Shown: positions 22,916-36,588 of the stretch, in pieces
How the letters are laid out: each line of letters starts with the position of its first letter
Numbering within the stretch: the first letter of the stretch is position 1
Assembly: GCA_026025075.1 (NCBI GenBank)
Contig: JAPEUI010000055.1
Location: 1 to 64,000 of the forward strand
Reading direction: 5' to 3'
DNA length: 64,000 bases
DNA from: Vezdaea acicularis
Lineage: Eukaryota
The notes under the pieces: model-generated
Databases searched by the model: none
The model's input: only the letters and a program-made list of their open reading frames with translations
Told to the model about the DNA's origin: nothing
Made by a program: the position numbers and the translations under genes

Positions 22916-24718
22916 TTACCTGCTCCGGAACGATTCCTGGTCGGGTATGAGATTCGACTTTTCCATCGGGCCGATCTCTCCGATCCGCTCTGCGGGGAAG
23001 CGAGAGATGTGCTCGACGGCGACGGGCTCGACGACCTCGCGCGTGAGCTCGACGAAATCGTACTGTGGTCAGGAAAAATTAGCAAAGGTAACTCTTCCTC
23101 AAAACAAAGAACGATAAAAACGTACGGCAAATTCACCGATTTCGGCATCGTCGATGCCGAGGATCTCGGATTCCTCGTCGGCGCGCAGACTCAGACCCGG
23201 GATGAGGTTCATGATGAACAGAATCAGGCACGTGACGATGAACGAGTATCCGCCGCCAGCGGCAGAGTCGGCGACTTGGTATCCGAGCTGGACCCAGTGC
23301 CCGTTGAGCCAGCCGCCCTGGTTGGTGCTGTAGCCGTCGAGTCTGATGATGTAGTCGCTGAGAGGGAGCATTAGCAGGGTCGAACCACGAGTATCGATGG
23401 AAACGCAGGTCACTTACGCAGCGAAGAAACCGGTCAAGAGGTTGCCGCAGAGCCCGCCAATGGCATGGACAGCAAAGATATCCAAGGCATCGTCAACGCC
23501 GATGAGGAACTTCACCTTGGTTCCGTAGTTGCAGGCGGTACCCGCAACGACGCCGTAGACGATGGCAGCCCACGCGGGAACGAACCCCGACCCCGGGGTA
23601 ATGCAGACGAGTCCAGCGACCGCACCCGAACAGAAACCGACGGTGGACCACTTCCGTTCGAGACGGTAATCAAGCACGCACCAGGTGATACCTCCAACGG
23701 AGGCGGAAAGATTCGTCACGACGGCGGCCATGATCGCTCGCATGTTGGCCCCGAGAGCAGATCCGGCGTTGAAGCCGAACCATCCCACCCACATGAATAC
23801 GGTGCCAATGATAACGTGGGCGACATTGTGCGGTCGGAAGTTGAGTTCGTGTGTGCCGTGACCTCGACGCTTGCCCAACATGATGGAGTATGCCAAGGCT
23901 GCGGTGCCCGAAGAGATATGCACCGGAGTGCCTCCAGCAAAGTCGAGGCCTCCCATGTGATTGGACCATCCGTGGGGATTCCAGGCCCAGCAAGCAATGG
24001 GATCGTACACCAGCGTGGCCCAGACGAACATGAAGACGACGGCCGGAAGCATACGGCCTCGCTCGGCGACCGCACCGACGGCTAGAGCGACGCTGGAAAA
24101 CGATAAGCTAAATTGTCTTGGCATTCGGTCGAAAGACACTTACGTGATGGACGAGAACATGCCCTGATAGACGGCAAACAGAAGATCGGGAATCTTCGCA
24201 CTGCCGACGGAGGGAGCGGCGAGGGTATTCCGGAAACCAAAATTGGCCAGGTCGCCGATGAATCTACCCGCGGTGTGCGAGAAGACCAGCGAGTAGCCCC
24301 AGAAGAACCATTGGAACGACACGACGCCCACCGACATGATCGAGAGCCATATGAGGGACAACGCCGACTTCCTCCGGGCCAGACCTGAGTAGAAGAAGCT
24401 GTGCAAAAGAGTCAGCCGTTAGTCTTGCGGCATGCTATGCTCGCGGAGCAACGGTATCAACGCACCCCACGCCGGGAATCATGAGCAGGACGAGCGCCGT
24501 CGAGGCAAGCATCCATGCGATATCTCCAGCCTGTTGAATTCGACGATCAGCACAGTCTTTTCGTACGAGGTTTCACCACGCAAGGAGGGGGGGCTTACAT
24601 CGTAAAAGACATTCAGGTTCTGCGTGAGCGAGTCACCGCCCGTTGGGATGGTGCCGTTATACTCGGGCATGGAGATGTATTTCGTCCCCGTCCGGGGATC
24701 CACGAGAACGTCCGCCAT
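22916..24718 (-). CDS. ammonium transporter (Amt/Mep family), multi-exon
   Basis: FFYSGLARRKSAL, GAVAERGR, YDPIACW, DFAGGTPVHISSG, WFGFNAGSA, DDALDIFAVH, LGIDDAEIGEFA|YDFVE. Stop at 22916. Confidence 0.96.
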
Positions 24719-26750
24719 CGCTGATCGATATCGAGAGTGGCTGATGAGATGAGGTTGTGGGGAGAGTCGTGGAGTGCGCGAGATAAGTCGGTCAGGACGG
24801 GCGCGCCTTTCGCCGGAAGGCTCTCGTCCGATACACGGGCCGTTTCGAGTCCCAAGAGCGAGTCGGTTGCCAATTCAGACCCTCCTGCGCAGCAAAATCC
24901 GTCGTTCGTTAATTAGCAACGATGCCCCCGTGGTCGATGGATCTGTTCGAGCCTGGTTGCGACGGCGAACGGTGGAGAGAGAGGAGAGAGGAAGAGGAGG
25001 AGGAAGAAAAGAAGAAAAGGTGGACCAGGTGTCGCACGTCGGTGATGGGGGGGGGGGGGACCTTGGATAAGGTGCTGATACCTGTACTCGCAGATCCCAC
25101 CCGCACGGAACGACTCACAGCGAGAGTTGTCGCAGCAGACCGGACGGCGAGGGCGCAAGAGAACGGGGCCTGGTGGGACCCCACGGCCAATGTTCGCGTA
25201 TAGCTACCGACTGAGCGTAGCACGGGCAGAGGGCGGCGACAGCGACAAGCGACCGCGATCTGGAACGGCGCGGCGGAGCGTGGGCGAATGGCCGGTCGAG
25301 GATGGCGGATGCGGTATCAGTCGGCGATGGATCAACACGAATGGGCGGGCGGGACAGCGGCGACGCTTTGGGGCAAGCGGCGTGGGAACGAGGATCTGAA
25401 CGGCGGCCGGCCGGGGGAGTGCGCACCGGGGGCACGGAGGGGGTTGCGCCGCTCGCTCGCCCGCTCGACTCTGCGTGCAATCAGTCGCTGGCCGGGACAG
25501 GATAACGACGAGGTCGAACGGGGTGCACCAAAGCGGCGAAGCCATCGACGAAAAAGCAACCTGTCGCCGTCCTCTCTGCTCTCTGCTCTGCTTTGCAAAA
25601 TGGCAACAAATGGCGCTCCCTCGCTCGATGGGGCCTGATCCCTCGACGACATCCTCGCCGGGAGAAAAACGCAGCGCGCAGAGCACAGACGCGCAGCGCA
25701 CTTCAGCCGGCCATGCCCTTCCATGTACTCCGCATTTCTCCATCTTTTTCCCTCCCCCCGCCGCCGCGCGACCGGGCGCCGCTGCCATCCATGCGCGCGT
25801 GAGTACGAGTCGCGGCTCCTCCCTTCAGCCTGAACGGAGGACAGAGGGAAGCTGCTCTCTTTGGACGAGCCTCGGTCGCCTGCTCGTTTATGCGGTTCGA
25901 CCTTCAGGCAGAATTACGAGATGGAGATCATCGATCGTCGACCTCACGTCGGGGACCATGTTGGCGGCGCCCGCGGCCCTCGACGGTGCCTGCCGCTAAG
26001 GCGTTTCGAAACGGCTGCCACCCCCTTCCCTGGGCGCCCAGCCCAACGTGAAGTGACGCTGCCCTCCTACGCCGAAGCTCGAATCTAAATCTAAATCCCT
26101 CCGAAGCAATCATCGACCAATCGCCCGCGTGGGCCTGCAATCTATTGTCATTAGTAACCGACTGGCTTTGGCTGAGGGCCGGGGAGTTTGCGAGGTCCGA
26201 AATCGATAGTTGCGACGGACGATGCCTGTCTCCGCTCGTCGCCGCTTGCTGCTCGCTTTTGCCCTCGCGCTGCAAAAGGAGAAAAGATACGTAGCCGAGA
26301 GAGGGTTGGCGAGCGGACGCGAATGGGGTCCAAAAAACAATATGCTGCACCTTTTCCTAATCTTCAATAAATGGTTCCTGACAAAAAGCAGGTCCGGCGG
26401 CGTGTGGAGCCGGTCGAGGTCGATGGGCCCCCCACCTCCGGACTTTTTCGGGGGGTTTTCTGCCACTGCTGCTCGTCCTGCTGCTCGCCTTGGGATCGTC
26501 GGTCGTGGTGCTATCGTGCTAGTAACGCGTGCCATTGCGTTATTGCTCAATGGCTCGTTCCCGCCAGACTGGTTAAACCCCCCTCCGAGCACGACGACTG
26601 CTCGGAATTCGTCGCCTGTCACTCGTGGCGTTGATGGGTGGTGGTGCACTAGCACGCCAATGGCAGAGATAAAATGAGGGACGAGAGACGAGATTTGGTG
26701 TGGGGACGACAAAACTCGTCGAGCCGAAGCACCAATTGCCCTTGAGGAGC

Positions 26751-26858
26751 AGCTTGGCAAGGAAAAAGCTTGGCGCACGGGAAAGCTTGGCACACGGGAA
26801 GCTTGGCAACACGGGAAGCTTGGCACGAGTGAAGCTTGGCATGAGCGAAGCTTGGCAA
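26751..26858 (-). repeat. tandem array of seven AGCTTGGC units, each containing GCCAAG (PacC consensus) on the minus strand
   Basis: CTTGGC at 26753, 26769, 26786, 26802, 26819, 26835 and 26851. Period 16-17 bp with variable spacers. Confidence 0.85.
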
Positions 26859-27472
26859 AAAGCAGTTGCGTTTGCTCGCACCAATTGTGATCGATGGATC
26901 GGACGGAGCTCCGCTGCTCCCTCACGTGCTTCGCTTCACGTGCTCTACTCACGTGGTTTTCTTGCCTTTTTCGTCCGTTGCCAACCGTAGCCATATTCAA
27001 AGGCACTGGATCCCCCCGCCGTGATATGCACACCGTCCCGTCCGTATGCAAACAGAATAATGGCTGCTCACCAGAGGAGGCGAACATGGAAATTGGGCGT
27101 GAGGCCCCGTGCGCTTTCGACTCGTTTGGCCATTAGCGAAAGCAGGAGGCCGCGCGAGACGTGAGCGATCGGCGGATCAGATGCCCATTACAGCAGGTTT
27201 TGGGAAGTATTGACACCACTGCCCTGATATCGCCTCACGAGAAAAAGATATCTCGCCCAACGGTCGACCGTCGAGCGCATCCTTCTCGACCATGGTGAGC
27301 CACGAACACCCTTTCCATCCCCGCTTTCACCTCTGAAAGCATCGCCCCGGGTGAAGCTAGACCGGCGCTCGTGCGAATCCCATTGGTGAGCGCTCAGCCG
27401 CCAATCTTTAACCGAATCACCTGCTTCCAAGAAAGTTGTGCAGGAGCTCCGAATCGATGAAGTCGTCAGGCG

Positions 27473-30400
27473 ATGAGCACCGCACCTCCACCTCACGGCG
27501 TCCGCTTCACCGAGGACAGCGAGGCCATCGTCGACACCGGTCCGGTGGATTTCCCCAAGCTGCCGCGGGTCATGGAGCGCGTCGATATCGCCAACAATGA
27601 TTCGGACGGGTCCGGTTCGTCCGATGGCTATCTCCCAGGACCGCATGATGGCGACAGCTTCGAAGGGACTCAAGGCGAGACGGTCTATACGCCGACGTCA
27701 ACCACCGACAATTTTACACCCTTGACGGCACTTAGCAACGTATCATCGTGGAATTCAAACGTGCCGCAACGACCACGAGTGGGGAGCGGATCTGCGGTCA
27801 ATGGGAAGTTTGAGCAGGGCCCGGAAGCAGCGACGAACGGCTTCCTGAAGAAAGTGTCACGGCCCACAGGGCCTGCGAGGACTCCATCGAGCACGTATCA
27901 GCCCGCTCGCCGTCCGCCGCAATATATATCCATCGGCAATCGACAGAGATCCTCATCTGCTTCGAGGGCCCGTAGAGACCCCAATGCTCAGTATCGTGCG
28001 CAGGAGAAGGCGTACGTGAGACGCTTACGCCAAGACCCCAGCAATGAATACTTTGACGAGACGTATCCAGCGAGCGTGGGCTACAGCACGGAGTCGGAAA
28101 CGGAAGATGAATCCCCAGCATCGGAAGTTCATAACGAAAATGATACATACGACCAGGAGACGCTGCTGTACTACAACAATGACGAGTCGCAGCCGTCCGA
28201 AGCGGAGATGAACATACCCGAAAATCGAGAACGGCTGGAATGGCATTCAATGCTGGCATCGGTTTTGACCGGCGATGTGGTGAAGCAGGAGAAGAAGAGG
28301 CTCATCGGAGCCTCGGAGCAGCAAGGGGAAAACTCGAGACAGACAGAACTGTGGATTGGCATACGGTCGAAGGTTTGTGGGAGGTCCCTGGCTGCACAAC
28401 GTCGGGTCATCGAGGACGGCCGAGCCACCCTTGGCTCGATGATAGATTCCATCGCATCATTCGAGATCAAGGGGGAGAAAGATGCTGGCAAATCAGCATG
28501 GGAGCAGGTTCGGGATATGGTGTCAAAGATCGAAAAGTGCGAGGCCCTATATCCGACGAGGTTGGCTTTGAAGAATGCACAATCAAAGGCCGCTTCAGAG
28601 GCCTACCAAGCAAGCTGCGACGCCGTCTTAGCTTGGCACAACACGACGGAACTCATCAATACTGAACTGGCCATTCTCCAGGCATGGGTTGGAAACGAAG
28701 AGCTTGATATCTCGAAAGCGAGGGACCCCACTGCGAGTCCGGGTGGTCTCAGTGATGAGTCTACATTCATAGAACGAATCTTGAAAGAAGATGGCTTGCA
28801 ATCTTTGCAGGACTCACGAAGAGCAGCTGCTGGCGGTAAGGGCTTCGAACACCGCCAAGGAATGCTTCGCAAGGTCGTCAACGTTATTGAAAAGGCAAAG
28901 GAAACTTTGATCCACAATGCTCAGGAGTTTGCGGATCGTCATCTACCACCATACATCGAAGAGCTTTTGATCCTCATAAACTTCCCCTCCCGCCTCATAC
29001 AGGAAATCATTCGGACCCGACTGTCATATACAAGGAAAATGAAGGATCCGGCGACCCAAGTCCCCTTGATGGCGGATCAAATGATCGCACAGTTCCAAAT
29101 TCTCCTGAAACTTGCTGTCGCCATCAAGAACGAATACACCGTACTAGCGCAACCTGAGCCGGGATGGAACCTTCCTCCGTGTATCGATGAGAGTTTTGAC
29201 CATGTCGTCCTGGACGCACTCAAATTTTACTTCAAGATGCTCAATGCGAAGCTAAGCGGAAACAAAAACGCATTCAAGGAAGCCGAAATATTGGAACAGG
29301 AATGGGAGTTCTCAAATGAGATCGGGCGTTCACTCGACGGTGGCGACGTAGAAGTTGCAGAGCAGTTTAGGTATGTTACCTTTTCCTCCAGCCCTATGTG
29401 AACGGATGAATGCTTACATCTCCTCAGCTCATTGACTGCGAAATCACTCTCCCGTCTCTCCGTTCACTTTGAGAGGGAGCTACAGCGACGACCGGATGAA
29501 ACGGCAGCGGATATGGAGAAACGCTTCAAGTCAACCTTAGACTCTGTTCGTGTCCGTCAGCGGAAGTTGTTCCGATTCTCGCGGCTACTCGGTCAAAGAT
29601 TCGAGAACTCGACCGAGCTCAGCATCAACATGAGCCACGGCAGATTACAGTCACTCTATGCGGCACTGATAGCAACTGGGCACTTCCTTGTGTACACGGC
29701 AAGCGTCGAGCATGACGGCCTGTGGCTGGTAGCCTCACCCTCCCTCTATGATCGGCCCCGAGACATACAGTCCATCCTGGGCACTTGTTTCCACGAGGAG
29801 GACGCAGTGGAAGATCCGTCAAACCCATACGTGTTGATCCTTCGTCCTGAGCGTCCCCTATACTGGGATGGTCGAAGGATCGATATTGATATGCGAGAAC
29901 CACCAATGGACCTCAAAGCAGGTCGTCTCCGCCTCGTCGCCGACGGATCCCAGACCCGACTGGCCAGCGCAAAGCATATTTTCGCACAATTCTTGGCTCA
30001 AGCTACGGGCATAGAACTCGATACTTTGATCGAGCAACGTGCAAATCTGCCACGTGTCAATGCCGAGTTGAGCCGCATCAAGAGGACGGCCTATAAGCTA
30101 TCAAACACTATACTCGACAAGGTGGCAGATATTCGGAAGCAAACCGAGGGGCTCGAATGTCAAGATCTGATTCAGACTACTTTCGCCTTCGCTACGGAGT
30201 TTGGCCAGCGATCGTTGACTTATATGGACAACAACCGCAGAGCGATGAATAACATGAAGCTGACGCGGCTTGCGATCGATTGGGTCAGCTTTATCTGCGA
30301 TGACTGCGTCGCATCAGACCGAAAGACTTTCAAATGGGCCGTGGTTGCGCTAGAGTTCGCCATGGTCAGGACGCGCGGACAGAACATCCTTTCGATCTCA

Positions 30401-31773
30401 GACGAGGAGTACTCGAGACTGAGAGCAAAGGTCGGAGGCTGCATGTCGCTACTCATCTCCCACTTCGACATCATGGGAGCTCGATCCACCATCGCTGCGC
30501 AGGCGGAGAAACAGCGCATTGAAAGCCTCGTCGGCCAATTTTCGAAGATGGACCCGCGAAGGCTGAAGCTCGACGACGAGACCTCTCAGTACGTTCGAGA
30601 TGGTTACTTTATGAACTACGATCATCGAAATATCAAGAATGATGAAGAGGCCATGCAATATGTCCGAGACCAATGGCTCGAGCAGCTGACCGTCATCGAC
30701 GAGATGCGAAAGCAGAAGGAAGCCGAGCGGCAGGCGCTTGGCAAGGTGTTGGAGGAGTCCAATGAAGCTGATCGCTCTCTGACCTACCTCTCGTCCTCGG
30801 CAACGAACGTGACATTAAGATGGCAGCAAGGCCAGTACGTTGGTGGTGGTACTTTCGGTTCCGTCTATGCTGCCATCAATCTTGATTCCGGCTATCTCAT
30901 GGCTGTCAAGGAAATTCGACTCCAGGATCCTCAGCTCATCCCGATGATTGCCCAACAGATCATGGACGAGATGGGCGTCCTCGAGGTGCTCGATCACCCG
31001 AACATTGTTTCCTACTACGGTATCGAACCTCATCGAGATAAAGTCTACATTTTCATGGAATACTGCTCTGGCGGCTCTCTTGCAGGACTATTGGAACATG
31101 GCCGAATTGAAGACGAAACGGTCATAATGGTGTACGCGCTGCAGATGCTGGAAGGCCTCGCCTATCTTCATCAGAGTGGCATCGTCCATCGCGACATCAA
31201 GCCCGAGAGTAAGTGCAGAATTCCGTACTTTACGTGTGAAAGAACGAAAAGGCTAATTTATCAAAAGACATCTTACTGGACCATAACGGCGTCATCAAAT
31301 ACGTCGACTTTGGTGCTGCCAAAATCATCGCGCGGCAAGGCAAGACCCTCGCAGGAAACAACAGCTCGCGCGGCGAGAAGCAAAAGAGTATGACGGGCAC
31401 GCCCATGTACATGTCACCCGAAGTTATCAAAGGCACCTCAGAGGGTCGACTCGGTGCCGTCGACATCTGGTCTCTGGGATGCGTGATCCTCGAGATGGCC
31501 ACCGGCCGTCGGCCCTGGGCCAGTCTCGACAACGAGTGGGCCATCATGTACAACATCGCACAAGGCAAGCCGCCGCAGCTTCCCACCCACGAGCAACTGA
31601 GCGCCAGCGGAATCGACTTTTTGCAGAAATGCTTCGAGAGGGACGCCAACAAGAGGAGTACGGCGGCGGAACTGCTGCAGCATGATTGGATCATGACGAT
31701 TCGCAGTCAAGTCGCGATGGAGCCGGCGACGCCCAGCGATACATCGTCCACGAGGGGCAGCGTCTCCTCTTAG
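27473..31773 (+). CDS. SSK2: MAP kinase kinase kinase of the HOG pathway (SskB/Ssk2/Wis4), three exons
   Basis: ENRERLEWHSMLASVLTGDVVKQEKKRL; kinase motifs GGGTFGSVY, MAVKEI, HRDIKPE|NILL, DFG, GTPMYMSPE and DIWSLGC. Confidence 0.95.
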
Positions 31774-32362
31774 GACCAGCTTTGTTTTTTCTTGCACTTT
31801 ATCTTTGCACTCTATTAAATCGTTGTAATCGGCATTTGCAGGGATCAGCTGGCGATTGCGCCGGCGAGGAGGGAATTGCCTTTGTTTTCTTGCCTCCTTG
31901 CTATTTGAGCTTTGGGATTATTTGCATTTGCATCGTTGGGGCTTGGGGAGGGGGGGCGATAGGGCCCCTTCACTCACCCATCGGAATCAGCGTCGCAGCA
32001 CAACTGTATACATCAGCGAAGCGTTCAGGAGTTTTTCATTTCCTTCTCAGTAGCATAATATCCCTATCACGTAGATACCAAGCCCTCCACGTCGTGTCCT
32101 CTGGAAGTTTGCTGGTTGTATGTATCTGTACCGCACACGGTGTGAGGAGCAGATATCGAAGGCAAGCTTGCTTACTTGACACTTGCTTCATGCTCGAGCA
32201 TTTCCTTCACTTAGAGGAGAAGAAGGTTGAATAGCGCTCATGTAATCTCCAGCTCAAGCACCCGTTTCCCGCCCTGCCTCGCAGCGGATGTCCCGTTCCC
32301 TCCGCTCGTTCGAACCGAGGACAATGCCGTGCCAATCACGTCGATCCGCTGTGCCCTGTTCT

Positions 32363-32398
32363 GTCTGATCTGATCTGACCTGATCTGATCCGATCCGA
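32363..32398 (+). repeat. (TCTGA)n-type pentanucleotide repeat
   Basis: tctgatctgatctgacctgatctgatccgatccga. Confidence 0.65.
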
Positions 32399-34072
32399 AC
32401 TCATACGCACCATCTCACATTCGTTTGCACACGGCGCCGGAGAAGTAGAGACGGCAAGAGCCAAGCGAGCTTCCTGCTACTGGAGATCGATGGGGCCGGC
32501 TGTTTACCTCGTCATCTGGGATCCGCGTCTGGCCGTTTCTTGCTCTCGATACCGTAACAGACGGCTCTGGTATGGCGCGCACGGCAGCGCTGCCCATGAA
32601 GAGTTGCGTACTGTAGCGCTGTTGTGGATGTATCGAACGGGTGGTCTCAACGAACGCGGGTTCGTGGCCCCCCCACGGGACCAGAACCGGCGCTGTCCCG
32701 CGCGGGAGAACGGGGCGGGACCCACGTTGCGGTGTGCCATGTGCGGCCCCACCCCGCATCAGGTACCTTTGCGATGTGATTTGGTCCTCCGGACTGGTGC
32801 AGATGTTGATGATGAATGGAACGTAGGAAGCCAACAGAGGAGTGCGAGGGGCCTGCGAAAAAGGGCTACGTTGCAGGTCGGTGAATACCCGTTACGAGCG
32901 TGGAGGCTCCGTTTCGCGCTGTTTGTTGCTGGAGAAGCCGCATGCCGTAACCCGTAACCCGTAACCCCCGTCGGCCATGCTGGATCTGCAGCCCGCACGC
33001 ACGCAATGCCGAGCCCGCGCACCGCCCGCGCCCATCACTTATCCCAGATCCTGTACGTGATGCTGTATCCTGTCGGCGTGCAGATCTCGAGATGTTGGTC
33101 CGGCGCATCACCTGTGCATTCCGCCCTCTCCAACACCGGGCGCCCTCAAGCATGCAGCGGAGCCGGTCGAGAACAGAAGACGCCAAAAGCCTCCGCTGCA
33201 AGAAAGTCGACGAGAGAGGGAGCGGCGCCGCTGAGTGGTCCGCCTGGCCTCTGCCTTGCTGGGGGCCAAACACACCCAAACAGCCCCCGTCTTCTGCGGA
33301 CCCTCAGCAACTCGCTCACCTTCCCTGACTGCCATGTTTCAGGGCTCAACCACTATCGCTATCGTGCGTCCGCGATAGGGGGCAGCGTGGCCGAGCGCTG
33401 CACGTCGCAGACAGACCGACAGCAACACCGCCGACGCCGAGCTTGCGACGGAGACGAGCGGAAAGGCCCATCGCAGCTTTTTCGCAATCTCCGTCGAAGC
33501 TCATGCAGTGGCCGATGCGCCCCCGCTCGTGTCCGCGCTTTGCGACCAGCCCGTTTGCGCTGCTGATCTAGCCGACTTGACGGTTGAATCGCTGGTGCGC
33601 CGCCATTCTCCGCCCCCCCATCAATGCACCACCACGACTCTCCCTCTTGCTGGCGGCGTCCTCCTTTGCTGGCCTGCCGTTTGGAGATCTCCGCCGCAAC
33701 AGTTCTAGACTGACGACCTGCCAGACCGCTCGGACGGCTTTGAGTGACGCTCATAGGCCACGTCCGTCCGCTGCGTCGTCGCAGCCTCTGCATGGATGGC
33801 CATCCCTACTGTCCTTCTTCGATCTGCTCGTAACCCTGAACGAGCGTCCGCTGCGGCCAAAGAAGTCTTTTACAGCTCCCCCTCCCGTTTCGAACGTCCG
33901 GCCATGACATATCCCTGCCTCCTCCGCCGCTCCTCTTCCGAGACAGCTTCTTTCACCTCTTTATTACCTGGGGGCCCGTTGCTGTCTTTGTCCGCTTGGC
34001 CGATAAAACTTGCAAACGTCGACCATGCCACGTCTCCGTTCTTCCAGCGGCTTTCTCGTTCATCCGTGAGCC

Positions 34073-35032
34073 ATGGTAGCAGGCTGCCGCCGCTCTCTCC
34101 TTGCAGCCGTCCTCCTACTCTGGCTTCCGGAAGCATGCTGCAATGCTGCCGTGGGCCGGCGTGCAGACTCATCCAGCGCGGATGCGAGTTCAACCTCTTC
34201 GATCCTGTCAGCCCTCGATTCGAGCTCGACCATAATATCAACAAGCTTGATAACTACCAGCCCTGTGCCGGCGCCGTCTAGTCTGTCCCTGTCGTCCTCT
34301 GCAAAATCTTCAATCTCATCCTCGAGCAATTCAGCTCCGCTGCCACCCGTCACGTTGGTGGTGACCTCTACATATTTCACAGCACCGCCAAGCGCTACAG
34401 CTACATCTACTAGCTCACCGTCGAGCATGGGGGGCCGATACAGCCACCGGGACAAAGTCCTCATCATCACTCTCTCGGTCGTCCTCGGCCTGATGCTGAT
34501 TGCTATATTACTCGGGCTTGCAGTGTTATTCCGACGCCGCATGAGGAGGAGGAGCGCCCAAAGTACTGCCAGCACCGGCGCAGACCTCGACTCCGAGATC
34601 GAGACATGGCGAAAACACAACCCGACCAACAGCCGAGGGGCCATTCTCACCTCATCAGGAGACCACTCATCTCTCAGCCAAAAGGACTTTCTCGACGAAA
34701 AGCTACCGGCGGCCCCGGTGACCGCAAAAGCGCCGAATGCGAGGGAGGGTCTGACGGATAGTACGGTGCCGGGTGAGGACGCTTTTGTTAGGCCGTTGAG
34801 GAGGAACAGTTCGCGGTTACAGAAGAGGCCCGGAAGCGCCTTGGGTCATCGGCGGAGCTTGTCGAGCTTCTCGGATATCATGGAGCGGCCGAAGACTGGG
34901 ACGGACAGGCCGAAAACGGCGGGCGAGGGGAGGCCGGTCACACCTCATACGCCGGTCATGGAGGCGGACGAAGAAGTACCAGATGCCCTGCCATCTTTAC
35001 CCGCAGAGCCGGAGAGAAAGTCACATGTTTGA
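34073..35032 (+). CDS. type I membrane protein with a Ser/Thr-rich ectodomain (Mid2/Skg6-like architecture)
   Basis: Signal peptide, S/T-rich segment, a single TM helix VLIITLSVVLGLMLIAILLGLAVLF followed by RRRMRRR, and a cytosolic tail. Confidence 0.75.
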   Translation: MVAGCRRSLLAAVLLLWLPEACCNAAVGRRADSSSADASSTSSILSALDSSSTIISTSLITTSPVPAPSSLSLSSSAKSSISSSSNSAPLPPVTLVVTSTYFTAPPSATATSTSSPSSMGGRYSHRDKVLIITLSVVLGLMLIAILLGLAVLFRRRMRRRSAQSTASTGADLDSEIETWRKHNPTNSRGAILTSSGDHSSLSQKDFLDEKLPAAPVTAKAPNAREGLTDSTVPGEDAFVRPLRRNSSRLQKRPGSALGHRRSLSSFSDIMERPKTGTDRPKTAGEGRPVTPHTPVMEADEEVPDALPSLPAEPERKSHV

Positions 35033-36046
35033 AGCATTGGGTAGAAGGGCTCAACACATTTTTCGGCGTTGGGAGAAGATTTTTTTCTACCGTTCACATC
35101 TCCACGTAAGGCCGGCTTGTCCTTGCTGGCAAGTTTTTGCAGAGAGACTGCTTTCTTTATCTGTATATAAGCGCGCCGTGTTCCAGGCGCGGAACCAAGT
35201 ATCAAGGCAGCACACTGTTGAGAAGACGGCGCTCTTCCCCTTTCGACAAGGGCAGTCGAGCACCACACCGGGCCGAGCACTGCTGTTCTCAAGGACCATG
35301 CAGAGCATGTCATCCACGCAGTATGCCATTATAGCAGACTGGGCGCTCGCAGAACTACGATCGTACAATTGCAGCGCAACCCGTATCCTACCATGTAATT
35401 TTATGGCTCGTTCGCACCCAACGAAAGACCTGTCATCCGCACAGCACTGGCTTGCTTGCTTGCGCTCCGAGTTCATAAAACCCCTTCCCCATATAAAATT
35501 TTGTCCAGCGCGATGAACACCTGTCCGTCCGTGCATCCGTTCCATCCACGTGCTATGTTTTGTCTGATCACGGGGAAAATCCCCCTTTTGCTCCATCCAT
35601 GCCCCACCAGACCTTGCAGACACCTTTGTCGAGATTCGGATGCGGCAAACTCGCCAAGCCTCCCCCATCTCGTCAAACAAGCTCGTTTCGTTTCTTTCGC
35701 TCATGCTTTCCGTCTTTTCGACGGGAGTCATCACATCAGGCGTTTATTCATGAGACCTGCATACTTCACGACAGCGCTAGTCTTTTGATTCGGAGATTTT
35801 ATTTCTTATATTGTGGGGCGATGAGCTGGTTGTGAAGAGCTTCTAAGCGGGTTGAGCACGTGTTTGGGTGCCTGCCCTGCCTGGTTGGTTCGGGATTGGA
35901 GCGATATCTCGACGGCGGCGGCGGCTTCAGTACTACCACCACCACCACCGCAACCTCTTGCGCGACAAGCGCAGTCGGCCATACCCCCTATACCTCCTCT
36001 ACACTCCCGCTCTCCGCGCAACAAAACCCTCGAAGCCCTCTCCACA

Positions 36047-36588
36047 ATGGATATCCTCGAAGGTATCTTCATTCCCCTCCCCTTATCCCCAAACCAAACT
36101 GACTCCCCCACACAGAACTCCTCCACACCCTCCTCCACCAAACGCAAGCCCTCCTCCCCCACCTCCTGCCTTACCGCACCTTCTACAACCTCTACCTAGC
36201 ACCCTACACCACCCCCCTCCTACACACCCTCTCCTCCCTCTCCAACACCCCCCAACTCGACCTCACGAACCTCCTCCTCCTCCTCGGCCTATGCGTCATA
36301 AGTCTCAAACTACTCGGTATGCTCCGCCGTATGCTGTTCGCATGGATACTTTTTTTCGTGCGCGTGTTCCTGTGGACCGCGCTTGGCGCACTGGGGCTTT
36401 GGGTTTATGCGAGGGGACTGGAGGATGCGGTGGCGGATTTGGGGGGCGTGATGGCTGGGCTGGGCAGGTGGGGAGGGGAGATGAGGGGGGTGTGGGAGGT
36501 GGAGAGGGGGAGGTGGGAGGGCGTTGCGAGGGAGGCGAGGGGGAGGAGGATGCCGGGGCAGGGAAGGGGGAGGGGGGGGTGGCGGTGA
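36047..36588 (+). CDS. APQ12: nuclear envelope protein, Apq12-like, two exons
   Basis: MDILE, intron ~36063-36115, then ...DLTNLLLLLGLCVISLKLLGMLRRMLFAWILFFVRVFLWTALGALGLWVYARGLE. Two TM segments with an amphipathic linker. Confidence 0.72.

Noticed and set aside
26751..26858. CRISPR-like repeat/spacer appearance
   Set aside because: Repeats and spacers are only ~8 bp, the context is eukaryotic, and there are no cas genes.
26110..27087. 325-aa minus-strand ORF across the GCCAAG array
   Set aside because: No recognisable domain, and the repeat period (16-17 bp) is not a multiple of three.
32945..32970. (CCGTAAC)x3 as a telomeric repeat or telomerase RNA template
   Set aside because: The unit is a 7-mer that differs from CCCTAA, and no TAACCCTAA-type template was seen.
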